Below, piece by piece: positions 63,716 through 64,000 of a stretch of 64,000 nt of DNA. A program made the position numbers and the translations under genes. Source of the stretch: Octopus bimaculoides. Lineage: Eukaryota. How positions within the stretch are numbered: position 1 is the first letter of the stretch; every line of letters starts with the position of its first letter. The stretch is taken from positions 151,677,633 through 151,741,632 of the forward strand of contig NC_068982.1 in assembly GCF_001194135.2 (NCBI RefSeq). Direction: 5' to 3'. The notes under the pieces were generated by a model. The model did no database searches and was not told where the DNA came from. It saw nothing but the letters and a program-made list of their open reading frames with translations.

Positions 63716-64000
63716 GGTCAGATCGCTCTTGAGTGCTACTGGTAACATGTAACCCAGTACAGCCTGTCACATGGTCGGTTCGTGGGAGACTAAACTGGCA
63801 ACCCCATCAAGCTTGCTTGGTGAGAAGATTTGAACACCCTGCAGGACAAAAAATAAGACCCGTCAAAAGCCGGAAGAACTACTGAGTAGTCAACGGCAAA
63901 CTCAACAAGTACCTTGTTGCGGTGAAGTGCCTGTGTGCTCCATTAACACGGCGAACTATGCTAGAGGGAGAAAAACATTCAGGCAGGTCTTACCAGGCCG
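63714..64000 (+). mobile_element. 5' end of an unclassified repeat, possibly an RTE-like LINE 5' UTR (runs off the window)
   Basis: GC-richer non-coding block starting right after (TA)n; its first ~47 nt are repeated, diverged, at 63534-63580. The family call is from resemblance only. Confidence 0.35.

Overview
Repeat-rich, AT-rich animal genomic DNA from a draft assembly with many N-gaps, most bounded by (AT)n or (CA)n. The SINE repertoire and microsatellite load suggest a coleoid cephalopod, most likely Octopus (inference). There is one clear host-gene exon: a large 5' coding exon of an HCN/Ih hyperpolarization-activated cyclic-nucleotide-gated channel (+ strand, acceptor 4431-4433, ATG 4468, donor after 5942). 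The rest of the window (at least 58 kb) appears to be the following intron. It holds tRNA-derived SINEs, R4/Dong-type, RTE, CR1/L2-group and L1/Tx1-type LINE fragments, an internally deleted Ty3/Gypsy element with both LTRs, Tc1/mariner/maT/pogo/hAT DNA-transposon remnants, foldback elements and microsatellites. The most notable unannotated signals are: (1) a 39-43 kb cluster of type I hammerhead-ribozyme motifs, one with an intact catalytic core on the HCN sense strand and an inverted pair whose copies carry different single core lesions; (2) two mirror-image 'polarised' (TAA)n islands in which several R4/Dong lineages and a tRNA-SINE are stacked in opposite orientations; (3) a 3' tail shared by a CR1/L2-group LINE and SINEs; (4) long foldbacks that would form dsRNA in the channel pre-mRNA; (5) an HDV-like pseudoknot candidate at the 5' end of a repeat at the right edge. 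All folds, alignments and family calls were made by eye; no database search or folding computation was run.
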